Source: Chiloscyllium plagiosum
Taxonomy: Eukaryota
Direction: 5' to 3'
Length of the DNA stretch: 61,991 bases
NCBI RefSeq assembly: GCF_004010195.1
Contig: NW_025215381.1
Span: 1,357,450 to 1,419,440, forward strand
The notes under the pieces were generated by a model. That model saw only the letters and a program-made list of their open reading frames with translations. It was not told where the DNA came from and did not search any database. Positions 1 through 13,277 of the stretch are shown here, piece after piece (position 1 is the stretch's first letter; each line of letters begins with the position of its first letter). Made by a program: the position numbers and the translations under genes.

Positions 1-845
1 TAGTTACCAGCCTTTCCTTTCACCCTAAAAGGAATATACTTTCTCTGGATTCTTGTTATCTCATTTCTGAAGGCTTCCCATTTTCCAGCCGTCCCTTTAC
101 CTGCGAACATCTGCCTCCAATCAGCTTTTGAAAGTTCTTGCTTAATATCATCAAAATTGGCCTTTCTCCAATTTAGAACTTCAACTTTTAGATCTGGTCT
201 GTCCTTTTCCATCACTATTTTAAAACGAACAGAATTATGGTCACTGGCCCCAAAGTGCTCCCCCATTGACACCTCAGTCACCTGCACTGCCTTATTTCCC
301 AAGAGTAAGTCAAGTTTTGCACCTACTCTAGTAGGTACATCCACATACTGAATCAGAAAATTGTCTTGTACACACTTAAGAAATTCCTCTCCATCTAAAC
401 CCTTAACACTATGGTTGTCCTAGTCGATGTTTGGAAAGTTAAAGTCCCCTACCATAACGACCCTATTATTCTTACAGATAGCTGAAATCTCCTTACGAAT
501 TTGTTTCTCAATTTCCCTCTGACTGTTAGGGGGTCTACAATACAATCCCAATAAGGTGATCATCCCTTTCTTATTTCTCAGTTTCACCCAAATAACTTCC
601 CTGGATGTATTTCCAGGAATATCCTCCCTTAGCACAGCTGTAATGCTATCCCTTATCAAAAATGCCACTCCCCCTCCTCTTTTGCCTCCCTTTCTGTCCT
701 TCCCGTAGCAGTTGTATCCTGGAATATTAAGCTGCCAGTCCTGCCCATCCCCGAGCCATGTTTCCGTAATTGCTATGATATCCCAGTCCCATGTTCCTAA
801 CCATGCCCTGAGTTCATCTGCCTTCCCTGTTCGGCCCTTGCAATT
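1..845 (-). mobile_element. CR1-clade LINE ORF2 fragment, AP endonuclease region
   Basis: ORF 420..860: DELRAWLGTWDWDIIAITETWL...VMVGDFNFPNID. Confidence 0.9.
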
Positions 846-1283
846 CTGATCACTGCACACAATACTCCAAATGTGGTCTGAACAAGAGCCTTATAGAGCC
901 TCAGAAATATATCCCTGCTTTTATATTCAAGTCATCTCAAAATAAATGCCAAAATTGCATTTGCCTTCCTAATTACTGACTCAACCTGCAAAATTACCTT
1001 GAGAGAATCCTGGACTAGAACTCCCAAGTCTCTGCACTTCAGACTTCTGAATTTCCTCCCCATATAGAAAGTAGGCCACATCTCTATTCTTCCTACAAAA
1101 GTGCATGACCTCACAGTTTCCCACGTTGTAGTCCAATTGCCACTCCTTTGCCCACTCTCCTGACTTGTCCAAATCCTTCTGTAGCCTGCCGCCTCATCAT
1201 TGCTACCTGTCCCTCTACCTATCTTTGTATCGTTTGCAACCTTAGCCAGAATGCTCTCAGTTACTTCATCTGGGTCGTTAATG
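846..1283 (-). mobile_element. CR1-like LINE RT fragment
   Basis: LYINDPDE...ANDTKIG and DLGVLVQDSLK motifs. Confidence 0.8.
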
Positions 1284-1296
1284 TATAAAGTGAAAA

Positions 1297-2500
1297 GTAA
1301 TGTTGCGGCTGTACTGGACATTGGTGAGGCCACTGTTGGAATATTGCGTGCAATTCTGGTCTCCTTCCTATTGGAAAGATGTTGTGAAACTTGAAAGGGT
1401 TCAGAAAAGATTTACAAGGATGTTGCCAGGGTTGGAGGATCTGAGCTAGAGGGAGAGGATGAACAGGCTGGGGCTGTTTTCCCTGGAGCGTCGGAGGCTG
1501 AGGGGTGACCTTATAGAGGTTTACAAAATTATGAGGGGCATGGATAGAATAAATAGATAAAGTCTTTTCCCTGGGGTCGGGGAGTCCAGAACTAGAGAGC
1601 ACAGATTTCGGGTGAGAGGGGAATGATATAAAAGAGACCTAAGAGGCAACGTTTTCATGCAGAGGGTGGTACGTGTATGGAATGAGCTGCCAGAGGAAGT
1701 GGTGGAGGCTGGTACAATTGCAACATTTAAAAGGCATCTGGATGGGTATATGAATAGGAAGGGTTTGGAGAAGTATGGGCCAATGACACGAGATTAATTT
1801 AGGATATCTGGTTGGCATGGACGGGTTGAACAGAAGGGTCTGTTTCCATGCTGTACATCTCTATGACTCTCTATGATCTGTCCGATAGGAAGGAGACCAG
1901 AATTGCACGCAATATTCCAACAGTGGCCTCACCAATGTCCTGTACAGCCACAACATGACCTCCCAACTCCTGTACTCAATACTCTGACGCCTCCTTCTCT
2001 ATCCTATCTACCTGCGACTCCACTTTCAAGGAGCTATGAACCTGCACTCCAAGGTCTCTTTGTTCAGCAACACTCCCTAGGACCTTACCATTAAGTGTAT
2101 AAGTCCTGCTAAGATTTGCTTTCCCAAAATGCAGCAACTCACATTTATCTGAATTAAACTGCCACTTCTCAGCCCATCTGGTCCAGATCCTGTTGTAAAC
2201 TGAGGTTCCCCTCTTTGCTGTCCACTACACCTCCAATTTTGGTGTCATCTGCAAACTTACTAACTGTACCTCTTATGCTCGCATCTAAATCATTTATGTA
2301 CAAAAAGTAGAGGACACAGTGGATGTGGGTTCAGTTACAACGTTTAAAAGAAACTTGGATAAATACATGAATAGGGATGGTTTGGAGGGATATGGGCCTG
2401 GAACAGGTAGGTGGGACTAGTTTATTTTGGGATTATGTTCAGCATGGATTGGATGGACCGAAGGGTCTGTTCCCGTGCTCAATGTTTCTTTGATTCTACA
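1297..2500. mobile_element. Cluster of CR1 3' fragments (+ 1297-1875, - 1880-2315, + 2320-2500)
   Basis: RLRGDLIEVYKI-type ORF2 ends and 3' UTR tails (gaagggtctgtttcc...ctatgactct). Confidence 0.8.
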
Positions 2501-2655
2501 ACTCCAGTCGTTCTCTAGCCCCTCAGTTTAAGCAGTACCAAATGAATCATTGTCCCTTTTATACACTCTCCTAATTCCTCCTATCATTCTGGCCTCACGT
2601 TAGACCAGGCTGAGAAATTGTTTTGTGAGCACAAGCCTTTAACTCTCACTAATTT

Positions 2656-2967
2656 GGGCGGCACGGTGGCACAGTGGTTAGCACTGATGCCTCACAGCGC
2701 CAGAGACCCGGGTTCAATTCCCGCCTCAGGCGACTGACTGTGTGGAGTTTGCACATTCTCCCCGTGTCTGCGTGGGTTTCCTCCGGGTGCTCCGGTTTCC
2801 TCCCACAGTCCAAAGATGTGCAGGTCAGGTGAATTGGCCATGCTAAATTGCCCGTAGTGTTAGGTAAGGGGTAAATGTAGGGGTATGGGTGGGTTGCGCT
2901 TCGGCGGGTCGGTGTGGACTTGTTGGGCCGAAGGGCCTGTTTCCACACTGTAAGTAATCTAATCTAA
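2656..2967 (+). mobile_element. HE1-type tRNA-derived SINE, near consensus
   Basis: A box TGGCACAGTGG, B box GGTTCAATTCC, CR1-like tail and (TCTAA)n end. Confidence 0.92.
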
Positions 2968-3099
2968 TTCCCGGTCTCCATGCTATCACGTGGAACTCAC
3001 ATTTACTGCTTGTGTTGTATGGCCAGAACTTTGCTGTTGACTGTGATTGCAGCAACAAAGCCAATTCTCACCACAACCTTCCTTCGGTCAAGCATTATC

Positions 3100-3765
3100 A
3101 CAGAGCCGTAGAGTCATACGGTATCCAAGCAGTCCATGCTGACCACGTTCCCAAACCAAACTGGAACCACTGGCCTGCGTTTGGCCCATAACCCTCCAAA
3201 CCTTTCCTATTCATGAACGTATCCAGATATCTGAATCTGAATCCACCACTTTCTCTGGCAGTTCATTCCACACACCAACCACTCTCTGTGTAAAAACGTT
3301 GCCCCTCATGTCCTTCTTAAATCAGTCTCTTGTCACCTTAAAAATATATCCCCTGATTTTGAACTCCTCGGGAGAAGACCCTTGCTCTTTAGCTTATCGA
3401 TGCCCCTCATGAGTTTACAACCCTCTGTGATGTCACACCTCGACCTCCTACATTCCAATGGAAAAGTCCTAGCTTATCCAGTCTTCATAATTCAAACCCC
3501 TCCCCATTCCCAGCAACAGCAAATCTTTTCTGAACTCTCTCCAGTTTAATGTTATCCTTCCAGAACTGGACAGAGTACTCCAGAACAGGCCTCACCAATG
3601 TCCTGTACATGACATCCCAACTCAAAGGCATGAGCAATGAAGGAAAGAGTGCTAACTGCCTCCTTAACCACCGTGTCTACATGAGGCAACCTTCAAAGAA
3701 TTATGTACCTGAACCCTCCAATGCTACCCAGGATTCTACCATGAATTGTATAAGTCCTGCCATGT
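3100..3765 (-). mobile_element. CR1 3' end, diverged
   Basis: Reverse-complement CR1 3' UTR and ORF2 end. Confidence 0.75.
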
Positions 3766-3878
3766 TTATTCACACTTTGAAGCTAGGTTCCCTCAGTCTC
3801 CTAATTGTGAAAGTGACTGTGGTACCTCCGTTGGGAGTACGCTCATGTCTGAGTTGGCAAGTTGGAGCAACCCAAGTT

Positions 3879-4177
3879 GGGCAGCACTGTGGCTCAGTGG
3901 TTAGCACTGCTGCCTCCCAGCACCAGGGTCCCAGGTTCAATTCTAGCCTCAGGCAACAGTCTGTGTGGAGTTTGCACATTCTCCCCGTGTCTGTGTGGGT
4001 TTCCTCCCACAGTCCAAAGATGTGCAGGCCAGGTGAATTGGCCATGCTAAGTTGCCCCATAGTGTTCGGTGCATACGTCAGAGGAAAATGGGTCTGAGTG
4101 GGTTACTCTTCAGAGGGTTGGTGTGGACTTGTTGTGCCAAAGGGCCTGTTTCCACACTGTAGGGAATCTAATCTAAT
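3879..4177 (+). mobile_element. HE1-type SINE
   Basis: Same head, body and TCTAA tail as 2656-2967. Confidence 0.9.
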
Positions 4178-5589
4178 TTAACCCAGAGTGTGATACTCCC
4201 AGGGCTGTATCAAGGCCATGCTGTGTTGCTGAAGGTATGGTCTGTTCAGCTGACTCTGTCTTGTGGGTACATGATATGGTTTGGAAGATGGGTGGGGAAC
4301 TATTGGACCCTGGAGCTAATATTTATCCTTGAATTGAAATCACAAAAAAAATGGATGATGTTGATCATCACACTGTAGAGGTTGGCTACAATTCCTACAT
4401 TGCCATCAGCAACTGCGCTTTTTTTTGGCTGCAAAACCTTCAGACCTCAACAAAGCTGCGACATAATGCAACCTGCTCTTTCCTCAACCAAACGTCAGGT
4501 TGAGGCTTCATACATAGATTTGCAAACGCACAAGTAATGTGCTGGCATGTTTTGAAGAGAGCAGTTTGCTGTCGGAATGACTCTACAGGCAGTTGTGTGC
4601 AATCTTTTTGTTACGTATTTTTCCTATTGCTTTAAGAAGGAGTGTTACGGGCAATTCAACCTTCTCCAGTGTTCCCCACCACCCCCACCTCCCCATTCTA
4701 CTACCAACTCTGCTGTTTCTAACTGTGCACATAGTATCAGACATGAGCCATGATTCCTACTGAGTAGATTTTCACTCAGCTGCACACTGTGTTGGCATTT
4801 TTCTGAAAGAGAGGTGGATGTACATGCCTTACAGCAAAGTTTCGTTAGATTGGTTCCTGGGATCAGGAACTATCCTTTGAAAGGAGATTAAGGTTGAAAA
4901 GCGATTCATAGCTGATCTGACTGTGGCCTCACCCCACAACTCCACACCCCTGATAGGCCTCAATTCCTTTCTTAATCAAAAATCTGCCTAACTCAGCCTT
5001 GCTTGGCAAAGGGTAGCTTCATGACAGACTTCATACAGTGTATGAGAGATTACTTCCTGGATTATTCCTGACTGTTCTGATTTTGGAATGAGAAATCCTT
5101 AATGATCTCACGGTAAAGGATCCTTTGAAGAAGAATGGTCATCATTTGTTGGAATTTCGAATTCAGTTTGAGCGATATGACTCCTACAATAGTGCTCTGG
5201 GGTTAAACAAAGATAATTACAGAAGCGTGTCGACAGATTTGGCTCCATTGGACTGAGCAGGAAGACTACAAGGGAGGAGATATTCAATTCCTCCAAACTA
5301 AAAGGTATTCCAAAGAGGAAGAAAGATCATTAGAAGGGGAAAAGCATCCATGGCTAAGTGAGGAAGTTAAAGATAACATAAAGGCTTATGCAATTAATGA
5401 TCAGGCCTTGGGTAGTGTTGTGGAACAGAGGGACCTAGCAGTGCAAGTACATAATTCTCTTAAGTTTCCATCTCATATAGACAGGGTGGTAAAAAGGCGT
5501 TTGAAACATTTGCCTTCATTGCTGAGTCCTTTGGGTATAGCAGTTAGGAAGTCAAGTTGAGGGTATACAGGACATTGGTGGGGCCTCTG

Positions 5590-6612
5590 AGAGTCATATA
5601 GTCCTACAGCACGGAGACACGGCCTTTGGCCCAAACTGGTCCATGCCGACCAAAACGTCCATCTACACTAACCCCATTTCCTGCACTTGGCCCATATCCT
5701 CCTAATCCTTCCCTATCCATGTATTTGTCCAAATGTCTTTTAAATGTTGTTAATGTATCCACCTCAACCAATTCCACTGGCAGCTCTTCCCTTTTACTCT
5801 TTCCATTCTCACCTTAAACTGATGCACTCTAGTCCTCGATTCTCCAACCCTGGGAAACAGACTGAGTGCGTTCACCCTATCCTTGCCTTTGATGATCTTA
5901 TACACCTCTGTAAGATCCCCCCATCAGTCTCCTACGCTCTAAAGTAAGAAGTCCTCACTTGTCCAACCTCTCCCTGTGACTCAGTCCCTTCAGACCTGGC
6001 AACATCCTTGTAAACCTCCCCTGCACACTGTCCAGTTTAATAACATCCTTCCAATAGCAAGGTGACCAAACCTGAACACAGTACTCCAAGTGCGGCCTCA
6101 CCAACGTCCTGTATAACTGCAACATAACTTCCCAATGTCTATACACAGTGCCCTGACTGATGAAGGCCAGTGTGCCTAAAGCCTCCTACCCTGCCCTGTC
6201 TACCTGGGACTCCACTTTCAGAGAACCCTGCACCTGAACTCCAAGGTCCCTCTGTTCCCCTACACTCCTTAAGGCCCTCCCATTCACTGTGAAATCTCCT
6301 ACCTTATTTTGACTTTCCAAAATGCAAGGCCTCGCACTTATCGATATTAATCTCCATTTGCCATTTCTCGGCCCACTTCCCCAGCTGATCAAGGTCCTGC
6401 TGCAATTTCTGATAACCTTCCTCACTGTCCACGATACCAACTAGTATAGTGTCATCAGCAAACTCACTAATCCTGCCTTGTACATTCTCATCCAAGTCAT
6501 TGATATAGATAACAAACAGCAATGGGCCCTGAGGCACTCCCCTAGTCACAGGCCTCCAGCCTGACACGCATCCTTCCACTATTACCCTCTGTTCCCTACC
6601 ATCAAGCCAATT
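5590..6612 (-). mobile_element. CR1 3' portion inserted into an older plus-strand CR1 (5385-7135)
   Basis: GVPQG, FADDT and LVRPHLEYCVQVWSP motifs in ORFs 5955-6579. Confidence 0.88.
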
Positions 6613-7495
6613 TTGTACTTTTCTGGAATACTCTGTCCTGTTCTAGTCGCCCAGTTGTAAGAAGGATAGTGTAAAGCTGGAGAGATTTCCCAGGATGTTG
6701 CCAGTATGGAGAGTTTGAGTTATAAGGAGAGGCTGGATAGGCCGGGACTTTTTTTTCACTGGAGCATAGGAGGTTGAGAGGCGACCTTATAGGAGCTTAT
6801 AAAATCATGAGGGGTACAGATAGGATTAATGGTATTTATCTTTTCCCTAATATGGGGGATTTCAAGACTATGGGATGTATTTTTAAAGTGAGAGGAGAGA
6901 GATTTAAAAAGACGTTGGGGCAAAACTTTTACACAGAGAGTGGTTTGAGTGTGGAATGAACCTCCTGAGGAAGTGACAGATATGGGTGCAGTTACAATGT
7001 TTAATAGACAATTCGATAAGTACATGGAAGGAAAGGTTTGGGGAGATATGGGCCAGGAGCAGGCAAGTGGGACTAGTTTAGTTTGAGATATTCGGCATGG
7101 GCTGAGGGGTCTGTTTCCATGCTGTACAACTCTGTAAAGGTCTAAACTAAGGCAAAGGTCAGTGGCAGGTTGGAGGATTGGAAAACTTCTAAAGATGAAG
7201 GAATAAAAGGAGTAATTAAAGAAAACTGGTGCAAAATATATAGATAAATAGCAAAAGCTTCCACAAGTATACAGAAAGGAAGAGAGTCACTCATGTGAAT
7301 GTTAGTCCATTGGAGAATGAGCCTAGGCAATTAATAGTGGGGAATGTAGAAAAGACATTTTGTTTCAGTTTGTACAGTGGAGCAGAGTGAAACCACTCCA
7401 ACAGTAACAAGTAATGAAGGAGTTATAGAAAAGGAGGAACTTAAAACAATTGCCATCACGAGAGAAAAAAGTACTGAGCAAACAACTAGAACTAA

Positions 7496-8143
7496 AGTTA
7501 AAAATCACACAACACCAGGTTATAGTCCAACAGGTTTAATTGGAAGCACACTAGCTTTCGGAGCGTCGCTCCTTCATCAGGTGGTTGTGGAGGACACTAT
7601 TGTAAGGCATAGAATTTATAGCAAAAGTTTACAGTGTGATGTAACTGAAATTATACATTGAAAAATAACTTGGTTGTCTGTTGAGTCTGTCATCTGTTCA
7701 AATACCATGATAGTTTCACTTCTTTCATGTATAAATCACAAAACTTTTTTTAAAATTTGCATTAGAGCTTAAAAATGTGTTGCTGGAAAAGCGCAGCAGG
7801 TCAGGCAGCATCCAAGGAACAGGAGAATCGACGTTTCGGGCATAAGAACGTCGATTCTCCTGCTCCTTGGATGCTGCCTGACCTGCTGCGCTTTTCCAGC
7901 ACCACATTCCCAGCTCTGATCTCCAGCATCTGCGGTACTCACTTTCTCCTCCTTAAAATTCGCATTCTCAGGTTAGCTGTTAACAATGGGTGTTAGTTAG
8001 ACAATATGTTGAAGGTGTTAGCCCCCTGGGTTGTCTGTCTGTGCCATGATGTTTAGTTTGATTCTATGCGCTGTTCCTTCATAGGGGGTTGGAAACACTA
8101 GCTCCGAAAGCTAGTGCTTCCAAATAAACCTGGTGTTGTGTGA
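7496..8143. mobile_element. Penelope-like family B fragment with a hammerhead core and an inverted partial copy
   Basis: Same terminal sequence as 49123-49205; CTGATGA-GGAGC/GCTCC-GAAA on the minus strand at 7556-7580; inverted end at 8101-8143. Confidence 0.65.
7764..7952. mobile_element. Penelope-like family A fold-back mini-element
   Basis: Inverted arms; TSD TTAAAATT(T/C)GCATT at 7750-7763 and 7953-7966. Confidence 0.7.
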
Positions 8144-8643
8144 NNNNNNNNNNNNNNNNNNNNNNNNNNNNNNNNNNNNNNNNNNNNNNNNNNNNNNNNN
8201 NNNNNNNNNNNNNNNNNNNNNNNNNNNNNNNNNNNNNNNNNNNNNNNNNNNNNNNNNNNNNNNNNNNNNNNNNNNNNNNNNNNNNNNNNNNNNNNNNNNN
8301 NNNNNNNNNNNNNNNNNNNNNNNNNNNNNNNNNNNNNNNNNNNNNNNNNNNNNNNNNNNNNNNNNNNNNNNNNNNNNNNNNNNNNNNNNNNNNNNNNNNN
8401 NNNNNNNNNNNNNNNNNNNNNNNNNNNNNNNNNNNNNNNNNNNNNNNNNNNNNNNNNNNNNNNNNNNNNNNNNNNNNNNNNNNNNNNNNNNNNNNNNNNN
8501 NNNNNNNNNNNNNNNNNNNNNNNNNNNNNNNNNNNNNNNNNNNNNNNNNNNNNNNNNNNNNNNNNNNNNNNNNNNNNNNNNNNNNNNNNNNNNNNNNNNN
8601 NNNNNNNNNNNNNNNNNNNNNNNNNNNNNNNNNNNNNNNNNNN
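8144..8643. other. Assembly gap (500 N); smaller gaps at 10787-10836, 22352-22411 and 53209-53216
   Basis: Runs of N. Confidence 1.
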
Positions 8644-9510
8644 GTAATCTGTAGCCCAACTTTGTGCGATTCTTGTAGCAGGACACCCAGATCCCTCTGC
8701 ACAGCAGACTTCTGCGATCCCTCTCTATTTAAATAAAATACCACCTTTATGACCGAAGTGGACAAGCTAAACATTTCTCCTCACGATATTCCATCCCACA
8801 AAACGTTGCCCACTCGCTCAACCTGTCGCCACGCCTCTACACAGACTCCTCGTCCTCTCCACAGCTCACTTTCCAATCCATCCTTGGGTCACCGGCAAAT
8901 CTCACAACTGTAGCACTCTGTCCCTTCATCCAAGTTTCCAAAACAAAGTGCAAATAGTTGAGGGTCAGTGCTGTGTTTTTGGGCAAGGTCAGAGCGGGGC
9001 AGCTTTGACATAGAGTCATAGAGATGTACAGCACGGAAACAGACCCTTCGGTCCAACCCGTCCATGCCGACCAGATATCCCAACTCAATCTAGTCCCACC
9101 TGCCAGCACCCGGCCCATATCCCTCCAAACCCTTCTTGGTCCCTTTTATATCTTTCCCCCTAAACCTATGTCCTCTAGTTCTGGACTCCCCCACCCCAGG
9201 GAAAAGACTTTGTCTATTTATCCTATCCATGCCCCTCGTGAGTTTATAAATCTCTATAAGGTCACCCCTCAGCCTCCGACGCTCCAGGGAAAACAGTCCC
9301 AGCCTGTTCAGCCTCTCCCTGTAGCTCAAACCCTCCAGCCCTGGCAACATCCTTGTAAATCCTTTCTGAACCCTTTCAAGTTTCACAACATCTTTCCGAT
9401 AGGAAGGAGACCAGAATTGCACGCAATATTCCAACAGTGGCCTAACCAATGTCCTGTACAGCCGCAACATGACCTCCCAACTCCTGTACTCGGTACCCTG
9501 ACCAATAAAG
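8644..9510 (-). mobile_element. Two CR1 fragments (old 8644-9000; younger 3' end 9008-9510)
   Basis: ORF 9090..9653 LVRPLLEYCVQFWSP...RLRGDLIEIYK. Confidence 0.85.
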
Positions 9511-10365
9511 GAACGCTTACCATGATTAAAGAGGGAAACCCAAAGAATGGATCCTTGGGCTGGTCCCCGGAGTGAATGGTCGGGGAGCACAAAGTGAGGT
9601 CCATTACATGGTGTTGCGGTCAGTATATTCACCATACTTGGATCACCTGACAAGCCCCTTCTCTTTTCAGCCCCTGACTTTTGTTTTTGAGTCCAACAAG
9701 GAGAAGAGGGAAGAAGAATTGACCCACGGCCTAATTCTTGAACCCTATCCGTTTATCCCTTCAAACCATTGCCTCACAAAGTCCTGTTGATTGAAGAGTC
9801 GCGCTCAGTTCTTCGCTCTCAATGGCTGGTTAGATCAGAACAATTCAGAACACATTGCACCTCAGAGAGCTCTCCATCCAGCAGCTGTTAATAGTTCTAC
9901 CCATTTCTTGGCCACATCGAGACTTGGCCACCATTCAGAGAAACTTGGTGCTAATTACTCGAGCTCATTCGGGCCTCCTGGACAGCTGCTGAGTCTGTCT
10001 TACTCACGTTCCTGTTGATATTGGCCATCTGCCCAGATGGAGCAGAAGAAAGACTTTCCATTATCCACCTGACTCTCTACCTGCTCAGCCAAAGGAGGGC
10101 TCAAGGGAATTAAACGGGAAGGAGACGGATCCAGACTGTCCACTCTCTGAAATCTCTTTGAGCCCCTCCAGTCCCGGTCTCTCGAGTATCTCCCAACTCC
10201 CACTGTTTTACCATTAGTGTCTGAGCTTCCTCGGGTCAGAGCTCTGGACGTCCCTCGACACTCAGCGTTGCTTCAAAATATTTTTCTATTTGCTCAAAGG
10301 ATGTGGACGTTGCTGTCGAGATCGATATTTACTCTCCATCAGTAACTGCCCTTGGAAGAGGTGGT

Positions 10366-11720
10366 CATAGAGTCATAGTGTCCTACAGCACGGAGACAGG
10401 CCCTTTGCCCCAGACTGGTCCATGCCGACCAAAATGTCCGTCCACGCTAACCTCATCTACTTGCACTTGGCCCATATCCTGATAAAGGGCTTTTGCCCGA
10501 AACATTGATTTTCCTGCTCCTCGGATGCTGCCTGACCTGCTGTGCTTTTCCAGCGCCACTCTAATCTAGACTCAGCATCCAGCATCTGCAGTCCTCACTT
10601 TTGCCATATCCTTCTAATCCTTCCCCATCCATGTGTTTGTCCAAATGCTTTTTAAATGTTGTTTAATGTATCCACCTCGACCACTTCCCCTTTGCAGCTC
10701 ATTCCATCTGTGTACCACCCTCTGGGTAAAAATGTTGCTCCCTCAGGTTCCCTTTTATTCTTTCCCCTCTCACCTTAAACTGATGCNNNNNNNNNNNNNN
10801 NNNNNNNNNNNNNNNNNNNNNNNNNNNNNNNNNNNNTCCTGTATAACTGCAACATAACTTCCCAATGTCTATACTCAGTGCCCTGACTGATGAAGGCCAG
10901 TGTGCCTAAAGCCTCCTTCCCTGCCCTGTCTACCTGGGACTCCACTTTCAGAGAACCCTGCACCTGAACTCCAAGGTCCCTCTGTTCCCCTACACTCCTT
11001 AAGGGCCTCCCATTCACTGTGAAATCTCCTACCTTATTTTGACTTTCCAAAATGCAAGGCCTCACACTTATCGATATTAATCTCCATTTGCCATTTCTCG
11101 GCCCACTTCCCCAGCTGATCAAGGTCCGGCTGCTATTTCCGATAACCTTCTTCACTGTCCACGATGCCGATTAGTTTCGTGTCATCAGCAAACTCACTAA
11201 TCATTCCTTGTACATGCTCATCCAGATCACTGACATCGGTAACAAACAGCAATGGGCCCAGCACCGAGCCCTGAGGCACTCCCCTAGTCACAGGCCTCCA
11301 GTCTGACAAGCATCCTCCCACTATTACCCTCTGCTTCCTACCACCAAGCCAATTGTGGATCCAATTTGCCAGGATTCCTGGATTCCCCTGGATTCCATGG
11401 GATCTGACCTTCCAGAGCAGCCTCCCATGTGGAACCTTATCAGAGGCCTTGCTGAAACCCATATAGACTACGTCTACCACCCTGCCCTCATCAACCTTCT
11501 TTGTCACTTCATCAAAGAACTCAAATTTGTGAGGCACAATCTCCCACGCACAAAACCATGACAACTGTTCCTAATGAAACCTTGCCTTTCCAAACACAGG
11601 TGTGTCTTATCTCTCAGAATCTTCTCCAGTAACTTACCTACTGCAGAGGTTGAGCTTACTGGTCTATAGTTGCCAGGCTTTTCTTTTGCATCCTTATTCA
11701 GGATGAACATTTCCCACCAC
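10366..11720 (-). mobile_element. CR1 ORF2 RT and 3' end
   Basis: NYRPVS, FSKASDKVPH, GVPQGSVLGPLLF and FADDTKL motifs. Confidence 0.9.
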
Positions 11721-11874
11721 CCTCTATCTTCTTTCAGCTAGCCACGTTCTGATCCAAACCACTAAATCACCCTCAATCCCATGCCTCTGTATTTTCTGCA
11801 ATAGTCTGCTTAAGGGAACTTTATCAACATCTTACTGAAATTCATACACACCACATCAACCACTTTACCCTCAT

Positions 11875-13277
11875 CTACTGCGCTGTAATGTTCTATAAGG
11901 TCCTCTACTGCGCTGTAATGTTCCATAAGGGCCTGTACTGCGCTGTAATATTCTATAAGGGGCTGTACTGCACTGTAATGTTCTATAAGGGCCTGTACTG
12001 CGCTGTAATATTCTATAAGGGGCTGTACTGCACTGTAATGTTCTAAAAGGGCCTGTACTGAGCTGTAATGTTCAGCAAGGACCCGTACTGTGCTGTAATG
12101 TTCTATAAGGGCCTGTACTGTGCTGTAATATTCTATATGGGGCTGTACTGTGCTATAATGTTCTATAAGGGCCTGTGCTGAGCTGTAATGTTCAGTAAGG
12201 GTCTGTACTGCGCTGTAATGTTCTATAAGGAGCTAATCTGAGCTGTAATGTTCCATAAGGGCCTGTACTGTGCTGTAATTTTCTATAAGGGCCTGTATTG
12301 CACTGTAATGTCCTATAAGAGGCTGTACTGTGCTGTAATGTCCTATAAGGGCCTGTACTGCGCTGTAATGTTCTATAAGGGCCTGTACTGAGCTGTAATG
12401 TTCAGTAAGGGCCAAACTGTGCTGTAATGTTCTGTAAGGAGCTGTACTGTGCTGTAATATTCTATAAGGGACTGTACTGTGCTGTAATGTTCTAGAAGGG
12501 CCTGTGCTGAGCTGTAATGTTCAGTAAGGGCCTGTACTGTGCTGTAATTTTCTATAAGGGCCTATATTGCACTGTAATGTGCTATAAGGGCCTGTACTGT
12601 GCTGTAATGTCCTATAAGAGGCTGTAGTGAGCTGTAATGTTCTATGAGGGCCTGTACCGCGCTGTAATGTTCTATAAGGAGCTGTACCGCGCTGTAATGT
12701 TCTAGAAGGAGCTGTACCGCGCTGTAATGTTCTATAAGGGCCTGTACTGTGCTGTAATATTCTATAAGGGGCTGTACCGTGCTGTAATGTTCTATAAGGG
12801 CCTGTACTGTGCTGTAATGTTCATTAAGGGCCTGTACTGCGCTGTAATGCTCTATAAGGAGCTGTACTGTGCTGTAATGTTCTATAAGGAGCTGTACTGT
12901 GCTGTAATGTTCTATAAGGGCCTGTACGGTGCTGTAATGTTCTATAAGGAGCTGTACAGTGCTGTAATGTTCTATAAGGGCCCGTACTGTGCTGTAATGT
13001 TCAATAAGGGCCTGTACTGCGCTGTAATGTTCTATAAGGAGCTGTACTGTGCTGTAATGTTCTATAAGGGCCTGTACTGTGCTGTAATGTTCCATAAGGA
13101 CCCATACTGCACTGTAATGTTCTATAAGGGCCTGTACTGTGCTGTAATGTTCCATAAGGACCCATACTGCACTGTAATGTTCAATAAGGGCCTGTACTGT
13201 GCTGTAATGTTCTATAAGGGCCTGTACCGTGCTGTAATGTTCTATAAGGGCCTGTACTGTGCTGTAATGTTCTATGT
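11875..13277. repeat. 30-bp minisatellite (~46 units, TGTACTGTGCTGTAATGTTCTATAAGGGCC)
   Basis: Direct tandem periodicity of 30 nt; the unit matches the CR1 3' terminus. Confidence 0.97.

Noticed and set aside
2656..2730. tRNA gene
   Set aside because: The A and B boxes belong to the tRNA-derived SINE head and continue into the SINE body; no standalone cloverleaf.
2649..2948. Recurrent MWKQALRPNKSTPT... ORFs (also 20339, 25029, 52954)
   Set aside because: Antisense translations of SINE copies.
8079..8774. Long ORFs on both strands
   Set aside because: They span the 500-N assembly gap.
9572..10203. Same-frame plus-strand ORFs (9572-10018) and a minus-strand exon-like segment ending at a GTGAGT donor near 10007
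   Set aside because: No recognisable protein and no partner exons found; insufficient support.
11875..13277. CRISPR-like array
   Set aside because: Units are contiguous with no unique spacers; vertebrate context and no cas genes.
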